Shown here: piece by piece, positions 46,532 to 55,846 of the stretch | Position numbering within the stretch: position 1 is the first letter of the stretch | Layout: each line of letters starts with the position of its first letter | Source of the DNA: Candidatus Marinacidobacterales bacterium | GTDB lineage: Bacteria; Acidobacteriota; Vicinamibacteria; Marinacidobacterales; SMYC01 | NCBI GenBank assembly: GCA_965224085.1 | Contig: CBDCYI010000009.1 | Location: 744,556-808,555 of the forward strand | Reading direction: 5' to 3' | Length of the DNA: 64,000 nt | The notes under the pieces: generated by a model | Database searches by the model: none | What the model was told of the DNA's origin: nothing | What the model saw: only the letters and a program-made list of their open reading frames with translations | Position numbers and translations under genes: made by a program

Positions 46532-48634
46532 ATGAGCCTCCCGATCCGGCTTTGTGTGGAAAACTCCATCGCTCGGATCACTTTTGATCTTCCAGGTGAA
46601 AAGGTCAACAAGCTCTCGCGAGCCGTGATGCAACGGCTCGGCGAAGTGCTGGACGAGCTCGAGGGGCGCACCGATGTTCGCGGCGCGGTGCTCGATTCCG
46701 CTAAGAGCGGTGTCTTCAACGCGGGAGCCGATGTCAGCGAGATCGGCTCGGTGACGGATGTCGATTCGGCGGCCGAGGCTGTGCTCGCGGGCCAGGCTCT
46801 CATGAACCGCATCGAAGGGCTCCCGTTTCCCGTCGTCGCCGCAATCGGTGGCGTGTGCCTCGGAGGCGGGACGGAGCTAGCACTCGCATGCGACGGCCGG
46901 GTGGGCTCGGATCACCCGCGCTTTCAGCTTGGCCTTCCCGAAGTCAATCTTGGAATCCTGCCCGTTTGGGGCGGTGCGACCCGGCTCCCGCGCCTCATCG
47001 GGCTTCCGAAAGCGCTCGATTTCATCCTCCGCGGGCGCTCGGTGGACGCCAAGCGGGCGGAGCAGCTCGGGATCCTCGACCGCGCGGTCAGACACGGCGA
47101 GCTCGAGAAGCGCTCCCTCGAGCTTCTCCACTCCCTCATCGAAGGCGAGCGTCCCCGCCGCCGAAAGCTGCCTTTTAGAGAGCGCCTTTTGTCCCGAAAT
47201 CTGCTTGGCCGCGCCCTATTGTTCTCGCAGGCGAAAAAGCGTGTGCTCGCGCAAACAAAAGGCCACTATCCGGCGCCCCTCGCCATCCTCGACGTGCTCC
47301 GGCGGGGGCGGGTGTCCAAGCAACGTTCGCTCGAGCTCGAAGTTCTGCATGCGAAAACGTTGCTCCCAGGCGCCGTTTCGAAGAATCTCGTCCATTTATT
47401 CTTCTTGAACGAAAACGCGAAAAAAGATCCCGGCGTCACCGACGACTCCATCGAGCCGAGGCCCGTTGCGAGCGCCGCCCTGCTCGGCGCGGGCACGATG
47501 GGCGGCGGTATTGCTCGGATCGTGGCGTCGCGCGATATCCCGGTCCGGCTGAAGGATATTAGCCCCGAGGCGCTCGGGGCGGGGCTTTCCGCCGCGCGCT
47601 CGATTTTCGAGCGCCGGGTGAAACGGCGACGGATAACGCGCTGGGAGCTCGAGCGCAAGATGGCGCTCATTACCACGACGCTCGATTTCAGCGGGTTTAA
47701 GAACGTGGATGTCGTCATTGAGGCCATCGTCGAGGACATCGAGATCAAGAAGACCGTTTTTCGCGAGCTCGAGCCAGTGGTTTCTGAAAGCTGTTTGATA
47801 GCGACCAACACCTCCACCCTTTCCGTCAGCGCCATGCAGAGCGTTCTCGAGAGGCCCGAGCGGATGGCGGGGTTTCACTTCTTCAACCCGGTCGACCGCA
47901 TGCCGCTCATCGAAGTGATTCGGGGCGAGAAGACCGACGACAGGGCGACGGCGTCGCTCATAGCACTCGCCAAGAAACTCGGAAAGACCCCGGTCGTCGT
48001 TCAGGATGGCCCCGGGTTCCTCGTAAACCGCATTCTCGGCCCCTATCTGAATGAGGCGGGCCGTCTTTTCGAGGAATGCGGCGACATCGCTGCCATCGAT
48101 AGCACTTTCGTCGCCTTTGGTATGCCGATGGGCCCCCTCCGTTTGCTCGATGAGGTCGGGCTCGACGTGGCCGATAAAGCCGGCAAAGTGTTGACAGCCG
48201 CTTTCGGTGACCGCGCCTCGCCGTCGAAAGTCGTATCGAAGCTCGTCGCCGAGGGTCGGCTTGGGAAGAAAACTGGCCGCGGTCTTTACCGCCATGGCGG
48301 CAAAAACGAGTCTCCCGATGAAACGGTCCTCGCGATCGTCGGCGTGGATCGCCGCCCGGCCGTTGCCGCCCAAAACTGCGTCGAGCGCGCGCTCGGGCTC
48401 ATGATTGCGGAGGCCGCACGTTGCCTCGATGAGGGCATCGTGCGCAGCTCGGGAGAGCTCGACCTCGCCATGGTGATGGGCACGGGCTTTCCGCCGTTTC
48501 GCGGTGGACTGCTTCGCTACGCCGACCACTACGGCGTGGCGCGCACCGTTGAAGATCTTGCGAAGTGGAGCGAGCAACTCGGGAGCCGCTTCGATCCCCC
48601 GGCATCGCTCCGGGACCGCAAAGCGTTCTACTAG
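46532..48634 (+). CDS. Fatty-acid oxidation multifunctional protein (enoyl-CoA hydratase / 3-hydroxyacyl-CoA dehydrogenase, FadJ/FadB-like)
   Basis: The crotonase domain (FNAGADV, GGGTELALAC) is followed by the NAD domain (LGAGTMGGGIA) and HFFNPV. Confidence 0.9.
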   Translation: MSLPIRLCVENSIARITFDLPGEKVNKLSRAVMQRLGEVLDELEGRTDVRGAVLDSAKSGVFNAGADVSEIGSVTDVDSAAEAVLAGQALMNRIEGLPFPVVAAIGGVCLGGGTELALACDGRVGSDHPRFQLGLPEVNLGILPVWGGATRLPRLIGLPKALDFILRGRSVDAKRAEQLGILDRAVRHGELEKRSLELLHSLIEGERPRRRKLPFRERLLSRNLLGRALLFSQAKKRVLAQTKGHYPAPLAILDVLRRGRVSKQRSLELEVLHAKTLLPGAVSKNLVHLFFLNENAKKDPGVTDDSIEPRPVASAALLGAGTMGGGIARIVASRDIPVRLKDISPEALGAGLSAARSIFERRVKRRRITRWELERKMALITTTLDFSGFKNVDVVIEAIVEDIEIKKTVFRELEPVVSESCLIATNTSTLSVSAMQSVLERPERMAGFHFFNPVDRMPLIEVIRGEKTDDRATASLIALAKKLGKTPVVVQDGPGFLVNRILGPYLNEAGRLFEECGDIAAIDSTFVAFGMPMGPLRLLDEVGLDVADKAGKVLTAAFGDRASPSKVVSKLVAEGRLGKKTGRGLYRHGGKNESPDETVLAIVGVDRRPAVAAQNCVERALGLMIAEAARCLDEGIVRSSGELDLAMVMGTGFPPFRGGLLRYADHYGVARTVEDLAKWSEQLGSRFDPPASLRDRKAFY

Positions 48635-48825
48635 AGTACAGAAAAAAACGGACCTAATCCACACCTCTCTATGCCTCTGTTGCGCGAGCTGCGCTCGGCA
48701 ATAAGTGTCATCGGTTCGCTACAGCGTTTCCATTTTTGGGCAGCCCGAGGTGAGTTTTGTAGGGTAATCACCACGCGGGAGCGGGGGGGTTTTTCCACAA
48801 GCTATTCAAGCCATTGCAAAACAAG

Positions 48826-49367
48826 AAGTGAACAACCACCGCCTAGAAGGCGGTGGCTTCAAGGGCTGTCAATTGGAAATTGACTGTCGTCGTGAAGAGG
48901 CTCGCCATCCTGGGAGTCTATGTACTCCTTTACCATCTCGTCCGTTATGCTTCCTGAACTCACCGCCAGATATCCTCGGGCCCAGAAGTGCCGGCCCCAA
49001 AACTTCTTCCTCAGGTGAGCAAACTCCTGAAGGAGTACTCGGGAGCTTATTCCTTTTAGCCACTGCACGATCGTACTCAGGTCCTGGTGTGGTCGGTAGG
49101 ATACGAACACGTGGACGTGGTCGCGTGCAACCTTACCCGAGATTATGTGCAGCTCATGTTCCATCGCGATCTGACGAATCAGATCGCGCACACGAACCGC
49201 TACTGGACCGATCAAAACCTTTTTACGATATTTCGGTATCCAAACGATGTGCGCTTTTAGGTCCGTTTTCGTGTGCGCTCCGTGCCTGTAGTGACGCACG
49301 CGACCACAATACCACGATCTTCTCTTCGCCTAAAGGCGAGGGGTTTCGACCATCCCCGGAAGAGACA
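48826..49367 (-). mobile_element. IS200-type element, copy 2, full length (542 bp)
   Basis: Intact tnpA. The left end AGAGACA is followed by CTA (TTAG target on the element strand). The right-end hairpin is shared with copy 1. Confidence 0.85.
48859..49299 (-). CDS. tnpA: IS200/IS605-family Y1 transposase TnpA
   Basis: 146 aa. AHIVWIPKYRKKVL, HVHVFVS (HUH), FWARGYLAVSSG (catalytic Tyr region). Confidence 0.9.
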   Translation of the reverse strand: MRHYRHGAHTKTDLKAHIVWIPKYRKKVLIGPVAVRVRDLIRQIAMEHELHIISGKVARDHVHVFVSYRPHQDLSTIVQWLKGISSRVLLQEFAHLRKKFWGRHFWARGYLAVSSGSITDEMVKEYIDSQDGEPLHDDSQFPIDSP

Positions 49368-49580
49368 CTAACGAAAATGGTCGCTCGGGGCGGCCTCTGG
49401 CATGTGAGTTGCATCCTTGGTCATCGTTGCGGAGGTTGACCTTGGCAGAAGCGATTCCCAAAGCGATGTGGTCCGAAGCGGAAGAATACAGCGAGCGCCT
49501 GTTTTATTGGGAGTTCCTGGTGAACAACTGGCTCATTCCCGGCCCTGCCATTCTCAAGGAGAACGACGCGCTCGACTCCG

Positions 49581-51275
49581 TCACGGAGCCGCGTGCGCCG
49601 AGCCTGCACGACTACGGCTGGCTTCTGGAGCCAGACTCCCTTCTCGAACAGTAATCGCGTAGAGACGATCCGAGGACTCCTCGGCGACTAGCTCGAGGAG
49701 GCCGGAATCCTGCGCTTTTTGCACCTGTCGCTTCATGCGCGGCCCGAGCCTCGCTTCGTGGGCCAACACGTAGCGGACGCCCTTACTCTCCATGGCGCGT
49801 AGGCCTCGCAAGAAGTCACGGCGCATGAGCTGGCGATAGGCGAGCCCATAGCTCGGCGGCGCGAAGCCGCTATAGCCGTTCACAATTTGGCGGCGGTGGA
49901 AGATCGATCGATAGACGAAGATCGCGTTGTCCTGGAACCGCTCGGGCGGCGGCAGCGGCAGCTCGACCATAGCACCAGGCTCGGGCAGCGTTTCCACGTG
50001 ACGATAGATCGCAGGGTAGGACGGCGCATCCATTCGGAGCTCGAGCGGCACAGCGAAACATTCGAGGGCGGCGACGAGTACGAGAGCCCATCGTAAGGCG
50101 GGCCGTTTCATCCATGTCTGGCCTGTCTGGCCTGTCTGGCCTGTCTGGCCCTTCAGGCGCGTCAGGCCGATGGCGGCGAGTAGTGCTACGGCGAGCAAGA
50201 ACAGAACACCCGCGCGCGACGGCGCGCGCAGTGCCCGATAGGGTGCTGCAACGTTGTACAGAAACGTGAAAAGGCCCAGCGACGGGCCGAGGGACAGCGC
50301 CACGCCAAGAAAACCTACCGCCACCCAGCACCATTTGCGCTCGCGCTCGCGCGCGGCCGTCAGAAGCGCAGTGGCCGCGAGCGCTAGGGCGATGAATCCG
50401 GGGAACAGGGGCTCGGACGCTTTTGGAAGAAAAGCGTGGAGCCACGAGTAGCTCGACAGATATTCGGGAAGCCCAGCGGAGAACTCGGTCGCCGCTTGCA
50501 GCGAGCGCAGCCGTCCCGACTGAAGTTTGTCCAGATAGGGCAGGACGAGAGGTATCACGAGCACGATCGCGAGCACACCGCCGACAAGAAGCCGTCCGAA
50601 AGCGCTCCGTCGCTTTTCTTTGGGCACCCAGTAGAGCTCGGTAAGCGCCACGATCGGGACGGCGCTCGCGACGTAGACCGTGTAGTAAACGCTCGAGCCG
50701 AACGTCAAAAACGCCGTGACCGCAAAGCCGAAGGTGGCGTAGGCGCGTCCCGTTCCGGCGACGATGAAGCGTAGGAAGACGAAGCTGAGCGGGATGCCGA
50801 AAGCGAGCTGAAGCTGCAAGTGCGGCAGATGAGCAAAGCGATACGGCGCGAAGGCGAACAATAGCCCCGCGAGATAGGCTGCGAGACGATCGTGCGTGAG
50901 CTCGAAGGCGAGCGCGAAGGTTGCGAGGCCGGAAAAAACGAACGCTGCGAGGAGTGCTATGTTCACGAGAAGAATCGGGTTGTCAGAGACGAGCGCCACA
51001 GGGGCCGCGATGAGAGACGCGGTCAGAAGGTTCTCGGAATAAGCGAGGGCGCCTTTCTCGGGAAAAAAGATGTTCGCGTCGAATAGATGAAGCGGATCGT
51101 TTCGTAACTGCTCGAGATTCCAGGAGACGATGAAGCCGTTCAAGAGGGCATCAGGACTGTCGAGGCGATTCGCTTGTCCCAGCGCGGTCGCGAGCGGGAA
51201 AGTAAAGACGAGGCTCGCGAGAGTAAAAATGCCAGCGGCGGCGAGAAGTTCCCGGGCGCTCGGTGTCTTGGGCAC
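49581..51275 (-). CDS. Polytopic membrane protein (glycosyltransferase-39 / YfhO-like architecture)
   Basis: More than 10 hydrophobic helices in the N-terminal ~400 aa, then a soluble C-terminal domain. Contains a (GQT)4 insert. The family call is by architecture only. Confidence 0.5.
   Translation of the reverse strand: MPKTPSARELLAAAGIFTLASLVFTFPLATALGQANRLDSPDALLNGFIVSWNLEQLRNDPLHLFDANIFFPEKGALAYSENLLTASLIAAPVALVSDNPILLVNIALLAAFVFSGLATFALAFELTHDRLAAYLAGLLFAFAPYRFAHLPHLQLQLAFGIPLSFVFLRFIVAGTGRAYATFGFAVTAFLTFGSSVYYTVYVASAVPIVALTELYWVPKEKRRSAFGRLLVGGVLAIVLVIPLVLPYLDKLQSGRLRSLQAATEFSAGLPEYLSSYSWLHAFLPKASEPLFPGFIALALAATALLTAARERERKWCWVAVGFLGVALSLGPSLGLFTFLYNVAAPYRALRAPSRAGVLFLLAVALLAAIGLTRLKGQTGQTGQTGQTWMKRPALRWALVLVAALECFAVPLELRMDAPSYPAIYRHVETLPEPGAMVELPLPPPERFQDNAIFVYRSIFHRRQIVNGYSGFAPPSYGLAYRQLMRRDFLRGLRAMESKGVRYVLAHEARLGPRMKRQVQKAQDSGLLELVAEESSDRLYAITVREGSLAPEASRSRAGSAHAAP
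50105..50140. repeat. Perfect 9-bp tandem repeat TGTCTGGCC x4 inside the membrane-protein gene
   Basis: Encodes GQTGQTGQTGQT on the minus strand. Confidence 0.9.
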
Positions 51276-51343
51276 GGCAGATTATCGCAAAACCGCGAGC
51301 ATTCACGTATCAAATCTGCTATCTTCTTGCGACGCAGTAAGAA

Positions 51344-52222
51344 ATGAGGCGAGTTCCTATGAAGCTGCCCGTAGCGGTGGTTCTTCTCGTGGGTTTGTTT
51401 GGGCTCGAAGCCGGACGATATGCGCAGGGCTCGCAGGAGTGGATCAAGTTCGAGACGATCGACCAATCCGCCCTCCCCATTGTGCGATCGCGCTTGAACG
51501 GGATGGGGCCCCATCGGCTCGTCATCGACGTGAGCTTCAAAGAGCTTGCTCTCGACACGGTCATCGTCGAGGGTTCGGGCATGAAGCTTACGAGCCGTGG
51601 CGAGAAGGAAGAGATCGATTATTACGGCAAGAAAGAGAAAGTGCCGGTTGCCTATCTCCAAACACTAGAGCTCGGCGGCGCCAAATTCCAGCTCGTCCGC
51701 ACACTACTGATTGAAGGCGAGGATGCTACAGGGATGGGCGGCCTTCGAAGCTACGGCCGCATCGGTCGCGACGTGCTGGAGCCTCTTCGCTTGACGGTGC
51801 ACTACCCGCGGCGCCTATTGTTGCTCGAGCCTTCCCCGAGCGAAGTCCCACCAGGCGGGGTGACCTACACGTCGGCCGGCCGGTTTCTTCTGATCCCCGT
51901 TCGTCTCGAGCATGAAGGCGCCATGGAGGAGGTCAACCTCGTGTTGGACGCCGGCACGTCGAGCACGGTGCTCGATCGGCGATGGGCGGCGGATCGAGGC
52001 TTCGCCGAGAAAAAAGCGTCTCAGACGGTCATCCCAACACTTGGGGTGGGAGCATTCTCCACCCAAAGCATGCCGGTGCTCCTCGGCGAAATGCACGAGC
52101 TTCCCTATGACGGCCAGCCCGTGGGCGTCATTGGGGCGGATCTTTTGAATCAAATCTCGGTTTCGTACGACTTCGCGCGTGATTTGGTGTGGCTCAAGAG
52201 GGTGGAGAAAGACGCCTCGTGA
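51344..52222 (+). CDS. Retropepsin-like (clan AA) aspartic protease, exported, two-lobed
   Basis: Signal MKLPVAVVLLVGLFGLEA. The second lobe has LVLDAGTSSTVLD; the first lobe has a degenerate LVIDVSFKE. Confidence 0.65.
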   Translation: MRRVPMKLPVAVVLLVGLFGLEAGRYAQGSQEWIKFETIDQSALPIVRSRLNGMGPHRLVIDVSFKELALDTVIVEGSGMKLTSRGEKEEIDYYGKKEKVPVAYLQTLELGGAKFQLVRTLLIEGEDATGMGGLRSYGRIGRDVLEPLRLTVHYPRRLLLLEPSPSEVPPGGVTYTSAGRFLLIPVRLEHEGAMEEVNLVLDAGTSSTVLDRRWAADRGFAEKKASQTVIPTLGVGAFSTQSMPVLLGEMHELPYDGQPVGVIGADLLNQISVSYDFARDLVWLKRVEKDAS

Positions 52223-52737
52223 TCCATCCGTATCGTGGGGAAACACCAAACATCCATGAAACGGCTTACATCGCGGACGGCGTCCATGTCATCGGGGACG
52301 TCGTCGTCGGCGCCCATACAAGCATCTGGTTCGGCTCGGTGCTTCGAGGCGACGTGAACTACATTCGCATCGGCGCTCGCACGAACATCCAAGATTTGAC
52401 GGCCATCCACGTCAACGAAGGGACGAGCCCGACGATCGTGGAAGACGATGTCACGGTCGGACATCGGGCCATCCTTCACGGCTGCTGGGTGCGCTCGGGC
52501 TCGCTCATTGGTATGGGGGCTATCGTACTCGATGATGTGGTGGTCGAAGAGCAAGCCTTCGTGGCCGCGGGCGCCGTTGTCAGCCCGGGTACGGTCGTAC
52601 CTGCGGGAAAGCTCGTGCGCGGCGTTCCAGCCAGAATTGTGCGAGACTTGTCGGAAGAGGAGCTCGACCACCTTCGCTATTCGGCAAAGCACTACTTCGA
52701 TTTGAAAGACGAATATCGAACGCGGAGACAATCTTGA
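52189..52737 (+). CDS. Gamma-class carbonic anhydrase family protein (hexapeptide repeat, PaaY/CaiE/YrdA-like)
   Basis: VIGDVVVGAHTSIWFGSVLRGD.NYIRIGARTNIQD...VGHRAILHGC. The true start is possibly the GTG at ~52219, overlapping the upstream stop. Confidence 0.85.
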   Translation: MAQEGGERRLVIHPYRGETPNIHETAYIADGVHVIGDVVVGAHTSIWFGSVLRGDVNYIRIGARTNIQDLTAIHVNEGTSPTIVEDDVTVGHRAILHGCWVRSGSLIGMGAIVLDDVVVEEQAFVAAGAVVSPGTVVPAGKLVRGVPARIVRDLSEEELDHLRYSAKHYFDLKDEYRTRRQS

Positions 52738-54506
52738 ACAGCTGGCGGAGGACGCATACCTGCGGCGAGCTCGGCGCGCAAGACGTCGGGCAGTCGGTGG
52801 TGCTCATGGGGTGGGTGGATGTCGTTCGCGACCTCGGCGGCATCACTTTTCTCGAGCTGCGCGATCGTATGGGCGTGACGCAGATTCTGATTAGTCCGTC
52901 GTCGGGCGAAGGCGTCAAGGATACCGCCAAGCAAGTGGGCTCAGAGTGGGTTGTCGCGGTAAAAGGAGAGGTGCTGCGACGCGCCGAGGGTAACATCAAC
53001 CGAAGCGTCGCGACGGGAGATATAGAAGTGCGTGCGGACAGGATCGAAGTTCTTTCCGAAGCAAAGACGCCGCCTTTCGAGCTCACCGAGAACGTCAAAG
53101 TCAGTGAGGTTTTGCGACTCCGCTACCGCTATCTCGATTTGCGACGCGCTCCGATGCGGCGCAATCTCGAAAAACGCAGCAAGCTTGGCTTTGCCGGCCG
53201 CGAATATCTGACCCAGCATGGCTTTAACGAGATCGAGACGCCTTTCTTGACGAAGTCGACGCCCGAGGGGGCGCGCGACTATCTCGTGCCGAGTCGCGTG
53301 CACAAAGGCTCGTTCTACGCGCTTCCGCAGTCGCCGCAAATCTTCAAACAGCTCCTCATGATCTCGGGCATGGAGCGCTATTTTCAGATCGTGCGCTGTT
53401 TCAGGGACGAAGATCTCCGCGCCGACCGCCAGCCGGAGTTCACGCAAATCGATATCGAGATGTCCTTCGTCGAGCCGAGGGATGTCTACAGCCTTGTCGA
53501 GGGTCTCTTCGTCCACATGTTTCGGGCGGCCGACGTCGATGGCGTTATCCGTGCACCGTTCCCCAAGCTGAAATATAACGAGGCGATCGATAGGTACGGC
53601 TCGGACAAGCCCGACCTCCGTTTCGGCTGCGAGATTTCCGATCTCTCCGACATCGTCCGAGGCTCGGGCTACGCGATCTTCGAGAACATCCTCGAAGGCG
53701 GCGGGGTCGTGCGCGCCATCGTGGCCAAAGGTTGCGCGGGCTATTCCCGCAAAGACCTCGACAACTTGGAGGTTTCGGCAAAAGCGCTCGGCGCCAAGGG
53801 TCTCGGCTGGGCGCGCTGGACCGAGAGCGAGCTGAAGTCCCCGCTCGCGCGTCATCTCGGTGACGATCGCATGAAAAAGGCTTTCGAGACCGCGGGCGGC
53901 GTCGTCGGCGACCTTCTTCTCATCGTCGCGGGTGATCGCCCCCTCGCTTCCTCTGTCCTCGGCGGCCTTCGGCTCGAGCTCGCGAAGCGCGAGGGCTGGG
54001 TTCAAGAGGGGGGCTTCAAGTTCGTCTGGGTGACCGAGTTTCCACTCCTCGAGTACTCGGAGTCCGACGGGCGCTGGTACTCGATGCATCACCCTTTCAC
54101 TTCGCCTCATCCCGAGGATATGGACCTCATCGAAACGGATCCCGGCTCCGTGCGCGCGCTGGCTTACGACGTGGTTGCGAACGGCTACGAGCTCGGGGGC
54201 GGGAGCATCCGTATCCATAATTCGGGCGTCCAGGAAAAGATCTTCCGCGCGCTCGGTTTGAGTGACGAGGAGGCGAAGGAGAAATTCGGCTTCTTTCTGG
54301 AGGCGCTTCGATACGGCACCCCGCCTCATGGCGGGATTGCGCTCGGCTTCGACCGCATCGCGATGTTGGCCGTGGGAGGGACGAGCTTGCGGGACGTAAT
54401 CGCCTTCCCGAAGACGACGTCGGCGCTCGACATGATGACGGGCTCGCCGTCGGATGTGACCCCCGATCAGCTCGACGAGCTCGGCATTTCCCTCAAAAAG
54501 GTCTAG
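52734..54506 (+). CDS. aspS: Aspartate--tRNA ligase
   Basis: 590 aa. RTHTCGEL, FLELRDR.G..Q, class II motifs FQIVRCFRDEDLRADRQPEFTQID and GGGSIRIH, GIALGFDR. Confidence 0.95.
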   Translation: MNSWRRTHTCGELGAQDVGQSVVLMGWVDVVRDLGGITFLELRDRMGVTQILISPSSGEGVKDTAKQVGSEWVVAVKGEVLRRAEGNINRSVATGDIEVRADRIEVLSEAKTPPFELTENVKVSEVLRLRYRYLDLRRAPMRRNLEKRSKLGFAGREYLTQHGFNEIETPFLTKSTPEGARDYLVPSRVHKGSFYALPQSPQIFKQLLMISGMERYFQIVRCFRDEDLRADRQPEFTQIDIEMSFVEPRDVYSLVEGLFVHMFRAADVDGVIRAPFPKLKYNEAIDRYGSDKPDLRFGCEISDLSDIVRGSGYAIFENILEGGGVVRAIVAKGCAGYSRKDLDNLEVSAKALGAKGLGWARWTESELKSPLARHLGDDRMKKAFETAGGVVGDLLLIVAGDRPLASSVLGGLRLELAKREGWVQEGGFKFVWVTEFPLLEYSESDGRWYSMHHPFTSPHPEDMDLIETDPGSVRALAYDVVANGYELGGGSIRIHNSGVQEKIFRALGLSDEEAKEKFGFFLEALRYGTPPHGGIALGFDRIAMLAVGGTSLRDVIAFPKTTSALDMMTGSPSDVTPDQLDELGISLKKV

Positions 54507-54785
54507 GCACTAGGAGGCTCCTGAAAAAGTACAACTGACCCGAATGGGCCGACAAAACGCCGAGCGAGTGAGTGCTTCGCGAACGAGCCTTTAGGCAAGT
54601 CTTTGATTTGACGGGCCTACCGGGCTGTGCTACGTTCAGGTGGCATTATGCAAGAACTTGCGCGTCATCACTTTTCGCCGGTCGGCGTCGTCAAAACCCC
54701 ATAATTTGAGAAAACGAGACGCTTTTGCGTTGTCGCATTTTCTGAAGGATGGAGTTTCCCTGAGGGAGGCAAGCGCTTTCGCTAC

Positions 54786-55772
54786 ATGAAGAAGATTTCG
54801 GTTCCCGAGGAAGGGGCGCGCGCCCTTTTCGGCGTTCACGACGAGAACCTGAAATCCCTCGAGAAATCTCTCGGCGTGCAGATCATAAGCCGCGGCGAGG
54901 AGCTTCTCGTCGAGGGCGACAGCGAGCAAGTCGCGAAGCTCGAGAACATTTTCGGGCAACTCTCGGGACTCGCGGCGGACGGCCATCGTTTATCGGCGAG
55001 CGACCTTCGCATCGCGCTTCGGCTGATACGGCAAGACCCGGAAGTTTCGCTCCGAGATTACTTTGTCGGTGCCGTGATCTACCCGTCGAAGCACAAGAAG
55101 GTGATGCCGCGAAGCCTGCATCAGCTCGCCTATCTCGAGGCGATGGAGGAGCACGACATCGTTATCGCCATTGGACCGGCCGGCACGGGGAAGACCTACT
55201 TGGCGGTGGCGAAGGCGGTCGCAGCGCTCAATCAAAAGAAAGTCAGCCGCATCGTTCTGGCTCGTCCCGCGGTCGAAGCGGGGGAGAAGCTGGGCTTTCT
55301 CCCGGGAGACTTGCAGGAAAAAATCAACCCATATTTGAGGCCGCTCTACGACGCTCTATATGACGTCATGGATGCCGAGAAAGTGGTGCGGCTCATAGAG
55401 CGCGACATCATCGAGATCGCCCCGATCGCCTTCATGCGAGGTCGAACTCTCAATGGGAGCTTCGTCATCTTGGACGAGGCCCAAAACACGACCTCCGAGC
55501 AAATGAAAATGTTTCTCACGCGAATCGGTTTCGGCTCGAATGCCGTCGTGACAGGCGACGTGACCCAGATCGACCTGCCTCCTGGAAAGACCAGTGGACT
55601 CGTCGAGTCCGCCGAGATCCTGTCGGACATCCCCGGCATCGCGTTCGTGAATTTCGACCCGACGGATGTGGTCCGCCATCCGCTCGTACAATCGATCATT
55701 CGGGCCTATGATCGAAAGAGGCTAGAGTCGCGACCCGTCTCCGTGCGCGACGCGACGAGCACCGAGTCTTAG
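54786..55772 (+). CDS. phoH: PhoH-family ATPase
   Basis: [34 protein letters not shown]. Confidence 0.9.
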   Translation: MKKISVPEEGARALFGVHDENLKSLEKSLGVQIISRGEELLVEGDSEQVAKLENIFGQLSGLAADGHRLSASDLRIALRLIRQDPEVSLRDYFVGAVIYPSKHKKVMPRSLHQLAYLEAMEEHDIVIAIGPAGTGKTYLAVAKAVAALNQKKVSRIVLARPAVEAGEKLGFLPGDLQEKINPYLRPLYDALYDVMDAEKVVRLIERDIIEIAPIAFMRGRTLNGSFVILDEAQNTTSEQMKMFLTRIGFGSNAVVTGDVTQIDLPPGKTSGLVESAEILSDIPGIAFVNFDPTDVVRHPLVQSIIRAYDRKRLESRPVSVRDATSTES

Positions 55773-55846
55773 AGTGCCGCGCACAGATCAATGTCCAATG
55801 ACGAATGACGACTGACTAATGATGAACGAGGCGCTGAAGGCTGTCG

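Noticed and set aside
49368-49580. Missing 3' half of trmB just beyond IS200 copy 2
   Set aside because: None of the three plus-strand frames shows the FPDPW..KRH or TD..Y motifs. The longest frame (..WSEAEEYSERLFYWEFLVNNW..) does not resemble TrmB.
54507-54785. Structured RNA or sRNA in the 280-bp leader before phoH
   Set aside because: Only a weak TTGACG-17-TACGTT promoter-like pair is present. No convincing conserved structure or known motif was recognised.
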